DNA of 64,000 nt from an archaeon (GCA_043817075.1 JBDRHG010000014.1:21989-85988); one strand, 5' to 3'. Positions 48,678-57,823 are shown, counted from the first letter of the stretch. The notes: generated from the letters alone by a model not told the origin. Numbers and translations are program-made.

Positions 48678-48793
48678 TGGGGCTACCGTGATTTGAACAC
48701 GGGTCGCCAGCTGTCCGTCTCATCGTGGCCGCCTAGCGGCGGCATCTCGACGAACCCCGAGCTGGAGTGATAGCCAAGCTACACTATAGCCCC
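48678..48793 (-). tRNA. tRNA-Pro-like gene with ~42-nt intron in the anticodon loop (anticodon read as GGG; loop UCGGGGA)
   Basis: Acceptor GGGGCUA/UAGCCCC, T arm CCGUG-UUCAAAU-CACGG, anticodon stem CCAGC/GCUGG. The insert, about 48713-48754, folds into a relaxed bulge-helix-bulge. Isotype and exact splice sites were hand-derived, and C at position 33 is unusual. Confidence 0.7.
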
Positions 48794-48937
48794 GTAAGTG
48801 CACGGTGAAAGAGACCCTATTTAAAAGCTTTATGGCAGGGCGAGACGATGACTGCGAGCAGAATTGGAGCCTTGGACAGGTAAATATATATATGCAGATT
48901 ACCAGGAAGTGACCAAGAAGGTCGGAGGCTGATATTC

Positions 48938-50536
48938 ATGAGGAAAAGAGGTCTAGCGAAAACGTGGAAATGGTTCATCGGCGCCGTGATCGCGGCGGTC
49001 ATCATCATGGTGATCTTAGGAACAATAGGGATACTGTTCTTCAAATTCACTGAAAAAAGTAGCGGAAGGCTTCTCTCAGATTCCGGGATGTACTCAAAGA
49101 ATGATATGATGACAGAAGGATTCTACGGCGGCATGCCTCCGCCGGGAATGGAGCCTCCCAACGACGAACCGTATGATACCACTTTCTTCGAGAACTACGG
49201 CGTCAATCCATTCATCGCGACCGAGGATGAGGCCTTCTCGACCTTCGGCATGGATGTCGACACCGCAGCGTACACCATCGTGCGACGCTGGATCGAGGAC
49301 GGAAACATGCCTGACAAGGACTCGGTCCGTACAGAAGAGTTCATCAACTATTTCGAACAGGATTACCCTACGCCTGACGATACCTTCGACATCAATCTCG
49401 AGGGAGCAGAATCGCACTTCGGCCAGCCCAACTATCACCTTTTGCGGGTCGGCATCAAGGCAAGAGAGGTATCGTTCGCCGACAGGAAACCAGCGAATAT
49501 GGTCTTCGTGGTCGATGTTTCTGGCTCGATGGATAGAGAAGACCGCCTCGAGGCGGTCAAGAAGAGCCTCAGGATGTTGGCCGATCAGCTCAAACCCGAC
49601 GACAAGATTGGACTGGTCATCTACGGAAGCACCGGCAAGAAGATCTCTGACCTGACCTCCGACAAGAACAGCATCATGAATGCCATCGAAGAGCTCGTGT
49701 CCGGCGGTTCGACCAATGCCGAGCAAGGCTTGACCATCGCATATGACATGATGAGGGAAGGCTTCGAGCCTGGTAAGATCAATCGCGTCATCCTCTGCAG
49801 CGATGGCGTGGCCAATGTCGGCCGCACCGGAGCGGACTCCATCCTCACCCAGATCAAGAAAGATGCTGATAAAGGGATCACATTGACCTCGCTCGGATTC
49901 GGCATGGGCAATTACAACGACGTCATGATGGAGAAGCTCGCCAACCACGGCGATGGTAACTACTATTACATCGACACCGACGAGGAGGCCCAACGTCTCT
50001 TCTCTGACGGGGCAACCAGCATGCTGCAGGTCGTGGCATCGGACGCCAAGATCCAGGTCGAATTCAACCCGGATACGGTCGACCGCTTCCGCTTGCTCGG
50101 CTATGAGAACCGGCGCTTGGAGAAAAAGGATTTCGAGGACGACACAGTAGATGCAGGCGAAGTGGGTGCTGGCCAGACCGTGACCGCACTCTACGAATTA
50201 CGCATCAAGGACGACGCGGTCAATGATGCCAGCCAGAAGATCGCGGACGTGCACGTCAGGTACCTCGATATCGACACCAAGGAGATCAAGCAGCAGGAGA
50301 CATCGGTGAATGTAGGTGATATGGCAAGTCCTTTCGACAGCGCTAGCGGCCGGTTCCGGTTCACCGCTGCGGTGGCCGAGTTCGCCGAGATCCTCAAAGA
50401 GAGCTACTGGGCCAAAGACAGCACGCTCGAGGATGTGCTCGGTGTCGCGCAGGACGCGATCAAGGACATTGATAAGGACGACAAGGACACGGAGTTCGTC
50501 ACGCTCGTCAAGAAGGCGATGAAGATAGAGGATTGA
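48938..50536 (+). CDS. von Willebrand factor type A domain protein, N-terminal membrane anchor
   Basis: TM at the N-terminus and the MIDAS motif VFVVDVSGSM in a vWA domain. The C-terminal region resembles bacterial YfbK-type proteins. Confidence 0.8.
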   Translation: MRKRGLAKTWKWFIGAVIAAVIIMVILGTIGILFFKFTEKSSGRLLSDSGMYSKNDMMTEGFYGGMPPPGMEPPNDEPYDTTFFENYGVNPFIATEDEAFSTFGMDVDTAAYTIVRRWIEDGNMPDKDSVRTEEFINYFEQDYPTPDDTFDINLEGAESHFGQPNYHLLRVGIKAREVSFADRKPANMVFVVDVSGSMDREDRLEAVKKSLRMLADQLKPDDKIGLVIYGSTGKKISDLTSDKNSIMNAIEELVSGGSTNAEQGLTIAYDMMREGFEPGKINRVILCSDGVANVGRTGADSILTQIKKDADKGITLTSLGFGMGNYNDVMMEKLANHGDGNYYYIDTDEEAQRLFSDGATSMLQVVASDAKIQVEFNPDTVDRFRLLGYENRRLEKKDFEDDTVDAGEVGAGQTVTALYELRIKDDAVNDASQKIADVHVRYLDIDTKEIKQQETSVNVGDMASPFDSASGRFRFTAAVAEFAEILKESYWAKDSTLEDVLGVAQDAIKDIDKDDKDTEFVTLVKKAMKIED

Positions 50537-50570
50537 TTATTTCTTTTATTTTTTATTTCATCTCTCTTAG

Positions 50571-50793
50571 GAAGAAAAGAAAATGGGGCGACCAGGACAA
50601 TTCTTTCGCCAATTGGAACCGATGTACGTTTCACCTAACGGCTCAAGCGTACAAAAAAAAAGCGACCGTGATGCCCACTGGCTTTTTAGCAAACCCGAAG
50701 AAACTATGTTTCTTGGGCCCAAGCAACTCCGTTGCTTTGGGAACCCGGAAAAAACAAAACTTAGCAAAACCACCACACATGAAGAAAAGAAAA
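50571..50793. repeat. copy of the tRNA-associated repeat element, bounded by a 28-bp duplication of the tRNA-Phe 3' end
   Basis: GAAGAAAAGAAAATGGGGCGACC[A/G]GGA occurs at 50571-50598 and again at 50781-50808, where it is the real tRNA 3' end. Between them are the same modules as at 48473-48660. Confidence 0.85.
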
Positions 50794-50924
50794 TGGGGCG
50801 ACCGGGATTTGAACCCGGGACACCTAGATATCTGATAATCATAGGCCCGCAGGCCCATTCATATCCAGGCAGTGACGCCGTGGCATCTTCAGTCTAGTGC
50901 TCTCCCAGACTGAGCTACCGCCCC
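50794..50924 (-). tRNA. tRNA-Phe(GAA) with 57-nt intron at 37/38
   Basis: GGGGCGG-UA-GCUC..GAGC-A-CUAGA-CUGAAGA ... UCUAG-GUGUC-CCGGG-UUCAAAU-CCCGG-UCGCCCC-A. The intron is about 50830-50886. CUGA (positions 32-35) pairs with UCAG in the intron, flanked by 3-nt bulges AGA and AUA (BHB). Confidence 0.85.
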
Positions 50925-50977
50925 AATTCCATGAGGAACAGAGTTCCTCGGGTGCCAGCAATTCATTGCTGAGCACT

Positions 50978-51025
50978 TTCGCCAATTGGAAGCGAAGTGG
51001 GTTTCGCTACGCTCAAGCCCACGAT
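50978..51025. repeat. third, diverged copy of the TTCGCCAATTGG... module, on the 5' side of tRNA-Phe
   Basis: TTCGCCAATTGGAAGCGAAGTGGGTTTCGCTACGCTCAAGCCCAC aligns with 48417-48466 and 50605-50655. Confidence 0.75.
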
Positions 51026-51076
51026 ATATAAAGGATGGCTGGACAGAAGTCCAGATCCATTTAAAAAGATGCCGGT

Positions 51077-51442
51077 CTATTCGACCTCTTCCTCTACATT
51101 TTCAGGCTCTTCAGGAGCCTCGGCAGGTGCAGAGTCTCCAGATGCCGAACCGACCACTTCCAACGTACCATAACGTCCCGCTGACAGCTGCAATTTGCCC
51201 TGCCAGTCGTTCACATAACCATTGGTGATCTTGAGCCGGTCGCCGACATTGACCTTTTCGATCTCTTCATTCCAAAGCGTGAGATCCATCTCGCCAGTCT
51301 CGTCCTTGACCTTCGCGGTGCAAACTTTGCCCGGATTCCCGAATTTCTGGAACTCTCGTGGCTCACTCTTCTCCACGACATCGACTTCAACTTCCACTTT
51401 ACCCTGTTTGGGCTGCAAATCCTTAATAGCCAATACATCCAC
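51077..51442 (-). CDS. OB-fold single-stranded DNA-binding protein (short SSB/RPA-like) with acidic tail
   Basis: 121 aa. The OB-like core (GKVCTAKVKDETGEMDLTLWNEE...GDRLKITNGYV) is followed by an acidic tail APEEPENVEEEVE. Confidence 0.55.
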   Translation of the reverse strand: MDVLAIKDLQPKQGKVEVEVDVVEKSEPREFQKFGNPGKVCTAKVKDETGEMDLTLWNEEIEKVNVGDRLKITNGYVNDWQGKLQLSAGRYGTLEVVGSASGDSAPAEAPEEPENVEEEVE

Positions 51443-51456
51443 CTCCTAGTTCACAA

Positions 51457-52923
51457 TTACTCGGTCCATTCCCGCAGTTTCGCGGGAAGATCATCGATCT
51501 TGATACGCTCCTGTTCTGTCGTGTCCCTGTTCCGTACTGTGACGGACCCATCCTCCAAAGTATCGAAGTCCACGGTGACGCAGAACGGAATACCTGATTC
51601 ATCGGCACGGGCATAGCGGCGCCCGATGCTTCCGGATCGATCGTACATGGCAGGCAGGACCGCCTGCACTTTTTCGAAGATTTCCCTGGCCTTCTCGTCC
51701 AGCTTATTGACCAGAGGGAGCACCGCGGCCTTGACCGGCGCGATGCGAGGATGGAGACGCAACACGACATTACCGCGCTCCTTGTCATCATCATAGGCGT
51801 CGTACATGAACGACAAGAATGCACGTTCGATCCCTTGGGAGGGTTCGGCCGCACAGTAGGGGACGACCTTCTGCTTCGTCTCCTCGTCGAACACAGAAAG
51901 ATCGACCTTGGACTCCTTGATATGCTGAGAAAGATCGAATTGGCCACGGTCGGCGTTGCCATGGATCTCCTTCCAGCCGAAGGGGAACTTGTACTCTATA
52001 TCGACGCAGGCCGACGCGTAATGGGCGAGCTCGTCCTTGAGATGTTCCCGGAGCCTGAGATGCTCGGGCTTGATGCCGAGATCGAGGAAGAATCGATAGA
52101 ACGCGGCGACCCAGTAGGCGTGCCAAGCGGTCTTGAAGATCTTGCTCTCGACCAGACCAGCTATCGTCGATCTACCGTGGTCGGACTTGTTCTCCTGATC
52201 CTTGGCCGTGAGCACGTTGACCTCCAGATCCTTGATCCCGTCATAGAGCGGGCAATCCTGGAGGCGGTCGGGATGAGCGAAGAACTCGATCTCGAACTGC
52301 TCGAATTCGCGTGAACGGAAGAGGAAGTCACGCGGAGATATCTCGTTTCGGAAGGCCTTGCCTACCTGCGCGATGCCGAAAGGTAATTTCTTACGAGAAG
52401 AGTCGAGGACCTGCTTGAAGTCAGAGAAGATGAGCTGCGCTGTCTCGGGTCGGAGGTAGGCCTCATTGGCGTCGCCCTTGGACGGCCCGACATTGGTCGT
52501 GAACATAAGGTTGAAGTCCTGGATGTCTTCCTTGATGTCGGCGAGCTTGTTCTCGCGGATGATTTTGATCATCTCTTCACGGCTCATACCGTCGGTCTTG
52601 ATATCGAGCTTGTCCTCGATCAGATGGTCTGCACGGACCTTCTCCTTGCCTTTACCGACCTCGATGAGCGCGTCAGAGAAGGATGCTGCATGGCCGGACG
52701 CAACCCAGACCCGAGGATGACTGATGATAGCGCCATCTATACCGACGACGAACTCATTGGACTGGACAAATCGTTGCCAGAGCTCACGTTTGATGGCATT
52801 CTTGACCTCCACACCCAACGGACCGAAGTCGAAGAAGCCTGCGAGACCGTTATATATCTCGCTGGTGCGGTAGACGAAGCCCTTCTTCTTGCAGAAGGAG
52901 GCCATCTCATCGATGGAAATCAT
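51457..52923 (-). CDS. glyS: glycine--tRNA ligase (archaeal/eukaryal alpha2 type)
   Basis: FFDFGPLGVE, LRPETAQ, and the class II motif 2 GKAFRNEISPR. Start set at MISIDEMASFCKKKGF. Confidence 0.85.
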   Translation of the reverse strand: MISIDEMASFCKKKGFVYRTSEIYNGLAGFFDFGPLGVEVKNAIKRELWQRFVQSNEFVVGIDGAIISHPRVWVASGHAASFSDALIEVGKGKEKVRADHLIEDKLDIKTDGMSREEMIKIIRENKLADIKEDIQDFNLMFTTNVGPSKGDANEAYLRPETAQLIFSDFKQVLDSSRKKLPFGIAQVGKAFRNEISPRDFLFRSREFEQFEIEFFAHPDRLQDCPLYDGIKDLEVNVLTAKDQENKSDHGRSTIAGLVESKIFKTAWHAYWVAAFYRFFLDLGIKPEHLRLREHLKDELAHYASACVDIEYKFPFGWKEIHGNADRGQFDLSQHIKESKVDLSVFDEETKQKVVPYCAAEPSQGIERAFLSFMYDAYDDDKERGNVVLRLHPRIAPVKAAVLPLVNKLDEKAREIFEKVQAVLPAMYDRSGSIGRRYARADESGIPFCVTVDFDTLEDGSVTVRNRDTTEQERIKIDDLPAKLREWTE

Positions 52924-53006
52924 GGTGTAAGAGGTGTTTCCCGGGCATTTATTAATGTATTGGTAGACTAATCGAAATGCTGCCGGACCGGTCAGGTAAC
53001 CGGTCT

Positions 53007-54224
53007 TTAAGCCTGCAGCCACGCCACCTGGTCCTTGTCGAGGTCGAGCTCAAGCGCCATGGCCGCTGAAGAGGTCTTGTCATGACGGAAGATATACTGT
53101 AGGAACGGGACGGTCGCGCTGACGGCCTCGCGCTGGGAAGTGTGAGTATGCGAGGCGACGACAGCTCCGATGGTTTTCCGCCTGGCATTCTTCTGGTTGG
53201 CTATCCATATCTTGAGAAGCCGTCCGGTGCGTTGGTATGTTACCTGCGCAGGATTCTTCTCGTCCTTTGCCAGCGCCACACCTACGCTTGAAAGCGCGCT
53301 CACGTAGACGAGGAATCGCCAATGCTGCCAGCGACGGATCCGGCCACGGAACACGTCAGCCGAAGATAGCGAACGATATGCTCGGTCTAGATCGGCCGGA
53401 GAGGAATATTCTCTCGGTATGTTCCAGTCCATCCAGAGGATGGCCTCATCGAGGTCGATCTCAAGATTGAGGAATGCGTCTCTCGCGATCTCTGCCTTGG
53501 TGGTCTTGAACACCCGCACCAATGCATGGGTAATCTCAGCCTCCCGGTCCCTGGTCGATATCGAATCGATAGCTTCCTTGTCGAGGCTGCCGTTGGCCGA
53601 GACAGCGCTCTGAAGATCATTGATAGCCGCACGTGCGTCGCCGCCGCATCTCCGCGCCACGGTCTTCAGCGACATCTCCTCATAGGATATCTTCTCTCCA
53701 TCGCAGATCCGTTTGAGGATGGCAAAGACGTCGAGGTATCCCATGGGGGAGAACTCGATGGATTCGGCCTTCTTCTTTAAGGCCTTGAATTTGGGATCGT
53801 CGATCGCATTGGTGGTCATGATGATTGGATGAAGCGTAGTATCGAGGAGCGCGGCCAATGCGGGGATGCCGCCCCGGTCCTTCTGTCCAGAAAGTCCGTC
53901 GATCTCATCGACCAGGATGACTTTACCTTTAGCGAACAGGGATGCCTGGCCTGCGGCGGAACCGACGATGGATTGTATCCCTTCCTTGTTACGGAAGTCA
54001 GAAGCGTTGACCTCCATCACCTCAAGGTCCATATCGTTCGCGAGAGCGTGGACGGCGGCGCTCTTGCCGGTCCCGGTCGGTCCCACGAGCACCGCGGCTC
54101 GGACTGACCTCTGCTTATACGTCGCGAGCAAGCTCTTGAGCTGGCGCATCGCGTTGTCCTGGCCAATGATCTCCGAAGCGGTCTTAGGCCGGTACTGCTC
54201 TGTCCAGGGGACTGCTGTTGCCAT
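53007..54224 (-). CDS. rfcL: replication factor C large subunit
   Basis: PWTEQYRPKT, Walker A GPTGTGKS and Walker B ILVDEIDGL. Start set at MATAVPW. Confidence 0.85.
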   Translation of the reverse strand: MATAVPWTEQYRPKTASEIIGQDNAMRQLKSLLATYKQRSVRAAVLVGPTGTGKSAAVHALANDMDLEVMEVNASDFRNKEGIQSIVGSAAGQASLFAKGKVILVDEIDGLSGQKDRGGIPALAALLDTTLHPIIMTTNAIDDPKFKALKKKAESIEFSPMGYLDVFAILKRICDGEKISYEEMSLKTVARRCGGDARAAINDLQSAVSANGSLDKEAIDSISTRDREAEITHALVRVFKTTKAEIARDAFLNLEIDLDEAILWMDWNIPREYSSPADLDRAYRSLSSADVFRGRIRRWQHWRFLVYVSALSSVGVALAKDEKNPAQVTYQRTGRLLKIWIANQKNARRKTIGAVVASHTHTSQREAVSATVPFLQYIFRHDKTSSAAMALELDLDKDQVAWLQA

Positions 54225-54329
54225 GAGAATCTCAGGAATCGGGAACGTGAGCGCTGGTATAAAAGGTTTGTGCAGGGATGTCCAGTGGCATAGCAACGTT
54301 TTAAATAGGGGGGATCCACCCATCCGTGC

Positions 54330-54842
54330 ATGGCAGCGGACGGAATCTGGACACCGATCTTCGTCGCGGCGATCTTCATTCTCCCTGCATGGATCGCCAA
54401 CCTCTCATTCACTTTGGTTGGAGTCGTAGTCAAGCGGTTCGGACTGTGGGACGCCCCTCTCGACAAGGGATTAAAGCTTTGGGACGGAAGGCCATTGCTC
54501 GGCACGCATGTGACCATATGGGGTCTTGTCGACAGCTTCATCGCCGGTACAGTCGTAGGCGTTATGCAGGGCAGGCCTATGGCAGGTTTTCTCATGGGCA
54601 TCGGTGCCTATGCAGGGAATGCGCTCGGCAGTTTCCTCAAGAGACGGGTCGCGATGAAGGAAGGGAGATTCTTCCCCGTGCTCGACCATATCGACTATCT
54701 GATAGGTGCCATACCTCTGGCCATGCTGATCGAGCCAGCCTCCATGATGACCATCGCCTTGGCGATCGCGCTCACCCTGGTATTGCACCCGCTGGCATGC
54801 GTTGTCGGCTATCTGCTCAAGTTCAAGAGTGAACCGTTGTGA
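54330..54842 (+). CDS. second CarS-family (DUF46, CDP-archaeol synthase-like) membrane protein
   Basis: DAPLDKGLKLWDGRPLLGTHVTIWGLV and GNALGSFLKRRVAMKEG...LDHIDY align with the motifs of carS at 2938-3489. Confidence 0.65.
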   Translation: MAADGIWTPIFVAAIFILPAWIANLSFTLVGVVVKRFGLWDAPLDKGLKLWDGRPLLGTHVTIWGLVDSFIAGTVVGVMQGRPMAGFLMGIGAYAGNALGSFLKRRVAMKEGRFFPVLDHIDYLIGAIPLAMLIEPASMMTIALAIALTLVLHPLACVVGYLLKFKSEPL

Positions 54843-56338
54843 GAAAAAAGAGGAAGAGCAAGACATCCACTGAGGGCGCGTCAGCCAATCGGCCACTGCG
54901 CGCGTATATCATCACCTCGATCATCATGGCGACCCTCATCGCGATCGCGTACTGGTCGTTCCCTGCCAGGATGGCCATGAAGTTCTTCTCCAGCATCCTC
55001 GCACCGGCCGCATCTTTCGCCAAACTGTACATGCTGCTGGCGTTCGTGATGATATCATGCTTGGTGCTCATCTTGGGATGGCGGCCCAGCAAGAGACTCG
55101 GGACGAGGGCCGCTTGGACGATGCTCTTTGCGATAGCAGGTGTGTCCGCCCTCGGGATGATATCCCATGTCTGGCTCGTCCAAGAGATGGACATCCCCTT
55201 TTTCGATTATTCCTACATGGTCCGCGAAGGCGAAGGGACCTCGACATCGTTCAATCATATACATACGCTCAAGCCCATAATACAATACATAGGATGGCTT
55301 GTCCCGGGAGGGCTCGGTGAGACCTATGACCACGGCATCGGAGCGGATGGTCTGATTCCGACGTGGATTATCGCGCCTACAGCCATCCTCTACCTGATGA
55401 TTATCCTCAGTTATATCATCGTCCTCCTCGCAAGGGAAGAGTCATGGAGGAAGGAAGGACTCCTGCACAGGATTCCGCTCCTGATTATCGTGGCGTTCAT
55501 GGTCACCAAATCTCTCATCGACGGTGGGATATTTACGTATGAGTCGCTCATAGGCATACCTATCCTAGCATGGCTCAGCTTCGCGAGGACTCCTCGTCTC
55601 GGTTGGAAAAAGGCCACGATAAGCGCGCTCATACTCTTCGTCTATTCGAGCGCCATCGTCGCTCTCATCAGCAAGTTCGTATTCCCTGTCGATTTACCGA
55701 TCAAGATCCTTTATTTCATCGCACCGGGCGCATCCCTGATCGGCCTGGTCGCGTTCATGTATTGGTTCCCTCATGCAATCGCGAAGAAAAGGACCGCCAG
55801 CATGGTGTTCTCGTTCGTGTTCATTGTATTGGTGCTCTTGATGACCCTTCAAGGATTGAAGATGTATCACGATATCACCTTCCTTTTCCGTGACGTCTCT
55901 GCTGGTCAGACAGTCCGTATGGTCAGCGACCATGAGATCGAAGGCATGACCGCGATCTATGATGATGACATCAAGTATTTGTATGAGACGACCATGACAA
56001 AGGACATCACACGCGGAGAGTTGGTGGACCACTACCGCCTCAATCCCTCCAGGTATCCTGTCGACGTGATCGGGGAGGATTGCGTAAGAGATTCGGTGAA
56101 GAGGGTGGGCTTGTCGATCCGTATCGTGGAGGCGAGTGAAGATGTGAAACGAGGCGTCCTCGGTCCGTCACCCAATGAACAGTTCCTCAACGTGACATAT
56201 TTTGAATTTTGCGATCCAGCCATATGCGATCATTACCTGATTGTCGAGAGACACGGCTGTCTCCCTGCGGAAAAGCATATCCTTGGAAGTTTCCTATCCG
56301 CGATCGGCTACAAACAGTACATCATGATCAGTTCGTAG
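54839..56338 (+). CDS. hypothetical polytopic membrane protein with C-terminal soluble Cys-containing domain (paralog A)
   Basis: The GTGA start overlaps the stop of the carS-like gene. About 9-10 TM spans. Shares motifs with the next gene: HIH[TS]LKPII, TYDHG, KSLIDGG[IL]FTYE, GPSPNE. Confidence 0.65.
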   Translation: MRKKRKSKTSTEGASANRPLRAYIITSIIMATLIAIAYWSFPARMAMKFFSSILAPAASFAKLYMLLAFVMISCLVLILGWRPSKRLGTRAAWTMLFAIAGVSALGMISHVWLVQEMDIPFFDYSYMVREGEGTSTSFNHIHTLKPIIQYIGWLVPGGLGETYDHGIGADGLIPTWIIAPTAILYLMIILSYIIVLLAREESWRKEGLLHRIPLLIIVAFMVTKSLIDGGIFTYESLIGIPILAWLSFARTPRLGWKKATISALILFVYSSAIVALISKFVFPVDLPIKILYFIAPGASLIGLVAFMYWFPHAIAKKRTASMVFSFVFIVLVLLMTLQGLKMYHDITFLFRDVSAGQTVRMVSDHEIEGMTAIYDDDIKYLYETTMTKDITRGELVDHYRLNPSRYPVDVIGEDCVRDSVKRVGLSIRIVEASEDVKRGVLGPSPNEQFLNVTYFEFCDPAICDHYLIVERHGCLPAEKHILGSFLSAIGYKQYIMISS

Positions 56339-56350
56339 GTCTTAGACAAG

Positions 56351-57823
56351 ATGAGAAAATCAAAACATCCCCATCAACAATACCTCATCACCATCGGCGT
56401 GATGATCGCGCTCATGGTGTTGGCCGCGTCCTCTTTGCCTATCGCGATGGCGCTCAAATTCCTCACGTCGATCTTCGCGCCTGCTTTCTCTTTCGTCAAG
56501 GCCTATATGCTGTGTGGATTCATCGCATTATCCTGTGCCGTACTGCTGATCAACTGGAGACCGAGTCCGAAGCTCGTACGCCGGGCCAATATAAAATTCC
56601 TAGTGATGATCGGCTCCGTGCTCTTGCTGGGCATCGCATCGCATATCGCTGTCGTGTCCACGTTGGACCTCCCGGCGTTCTCCCATCTCGACGTGGTCAA
56701 GGATGGCCACATATCGTCGTCGAAGATAAACCACATCCACTCCCTCAAACCCATCATCCATCTCCTCGGATCAATCATGCCCGGCGGGCTATCTGACACC
56801 TATGACCATGGGGGACCTTTCGTCGGCCTCGTGCCAAATGTGATCATCATCCCTGCAGCGCTGTTTTTCGTGGTCGCTTTCCTCGCATACTTCCTGGTGC
56901 TCATGGCAAAGGAGAAGATGTGGAAGAAGGAGGGTCGACTGTATCTCTTGCCGTTGTTCATCATCGTATCGTTCACCGTGCTCAAGTCGCTGATCGACGG
57001 TGGACTGTTCACCTATGAGATGCTCCTCGGCGGGCCCATCCTTGTCTGGCTCACCCTATCCAGAAAACCGGTGATGCGATGGCGTAAGACTGCCGCTTGG
57101 ACTGCGGGAGTGCTCCTCGGAGCCATGATCATCGATGCCATCATCAGCGAGTTGATCTACCCTGTCGATGTCCCGAGCAAGCTCTACTATTTCGTGGCTC
57201 CCGGTATTGTGCTGATGGCGTCATTCCTCGCCATCTACCTCATTCCACGGTTCACTGCGGAGCACAAGCGGATAGGATTGATAATCACACCAATCATCTA
57301 TATCTTGATCCTCATCGTGACCATACAAGGGATGTCAACATTCTATGAGATCAAGTTCCTGACAAGGGAGATACCTGGAGGCTCCAACATCAGGTTCGTC
57401 ACCGACCTGCCTGTAGACGGATTGACAAAGGTTTATCAGGATGGAACCAGATATGTATATGACACAAAGTTGGATAGCGGATACCGCTTTTCCGATCTCA
57501 TCCAGCGTTACGACCTGAACCCTTCATGGTATCCAATCGATATCGTCGATGTGGATTGCGGATCAGAGGACACAAACCAGTTCATCATGAAACTTCATAT
57601 CATCAAGGCTACGGATTCGGCGATGAAAGGAAAACCCGGACCATCACCAAATGAGGACTATATCTGGATTCACAAGATTACAGGATGCGAAGAGAAAGGG
57701 TGCGACCAAGAACTCACGCTGCAATCGAAGGGTTGCACGTCTTCCCCACGTAACATGATGGCAAGCTTCCTGACCTATGTCGGTTACGATTGGTTCGTCA
57801 TCCTCGACACAGGCATCAAGTGA
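56351..57823 (+). CDS. hypothetical polytopic membrane protein with C-terminal soluble Cys-containing domain (paralog B)
   Basis: Lies 12 nt after paralog A. Collinear similarity over the full length, including the motifs listed for paralog A. Confidence 0.65.
   Translation: MRKSKHPHQQYLITIGVMIALMVLAASSLPIAMALKFLTSIFAPAFSFVKAYMLCGFIALSCAVLLINWRPSPKLVRRANIKFLVMIGSVLLLGIASHIAVVSTLDLPAFSHLDVVKDGHISSSKINHIHSLKPIIHLLGSIMPGGLSDTYDHGGPFVGLVPNVIIIPAALFFVVAFLAYFLVLMAKEKMWKKEGRLYLLPLFIIVSFTVLKSLIDGGLFTYEMLLGGPILVWLTLSRKPVMRWRKTAAWTAGVLLGAMIIDAIISELIYPVDVPSKLYYFVAPGIVLMASFLAIYLIPRFTAEHKRIGLIITPIIYILILIVTIQGMSTFYEIKFLTREIPGGSNIRFVTDLPVDGLTKVYQDGTRYVYDTKLDSGYRFSDLIQRYDLNPSWYPIDIVDVDCGSEDTNQFIMKLHIIKATDSAMKGKPGPSPNEDYIWIHKITGCEEKGCDQELTLQSKGCTSSPRNMMASFLTYVGYDWFVILDTGIK

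Noticed and set aside
50830-50886. A box C/D small RNA inside the tRNA-Phe intron, as known for some haloarchaeal tRNA-Trp introns.
   Set aside because: Only one near-C box (AUGAUUA, one mismatch) is present, there is no CUGA D box inside the intron, and I could find no k-turn-forming pair.
48507-50897. Track ORFs lying in the repeat/tRNA regions (48507-48770, 50533-50835, 50567-50842, 50583-50897, 50643-50858).
   Set aside because: They run through tRNA genes and repeat modules on both strands and in several frames. They have no start context or protein-like composition.
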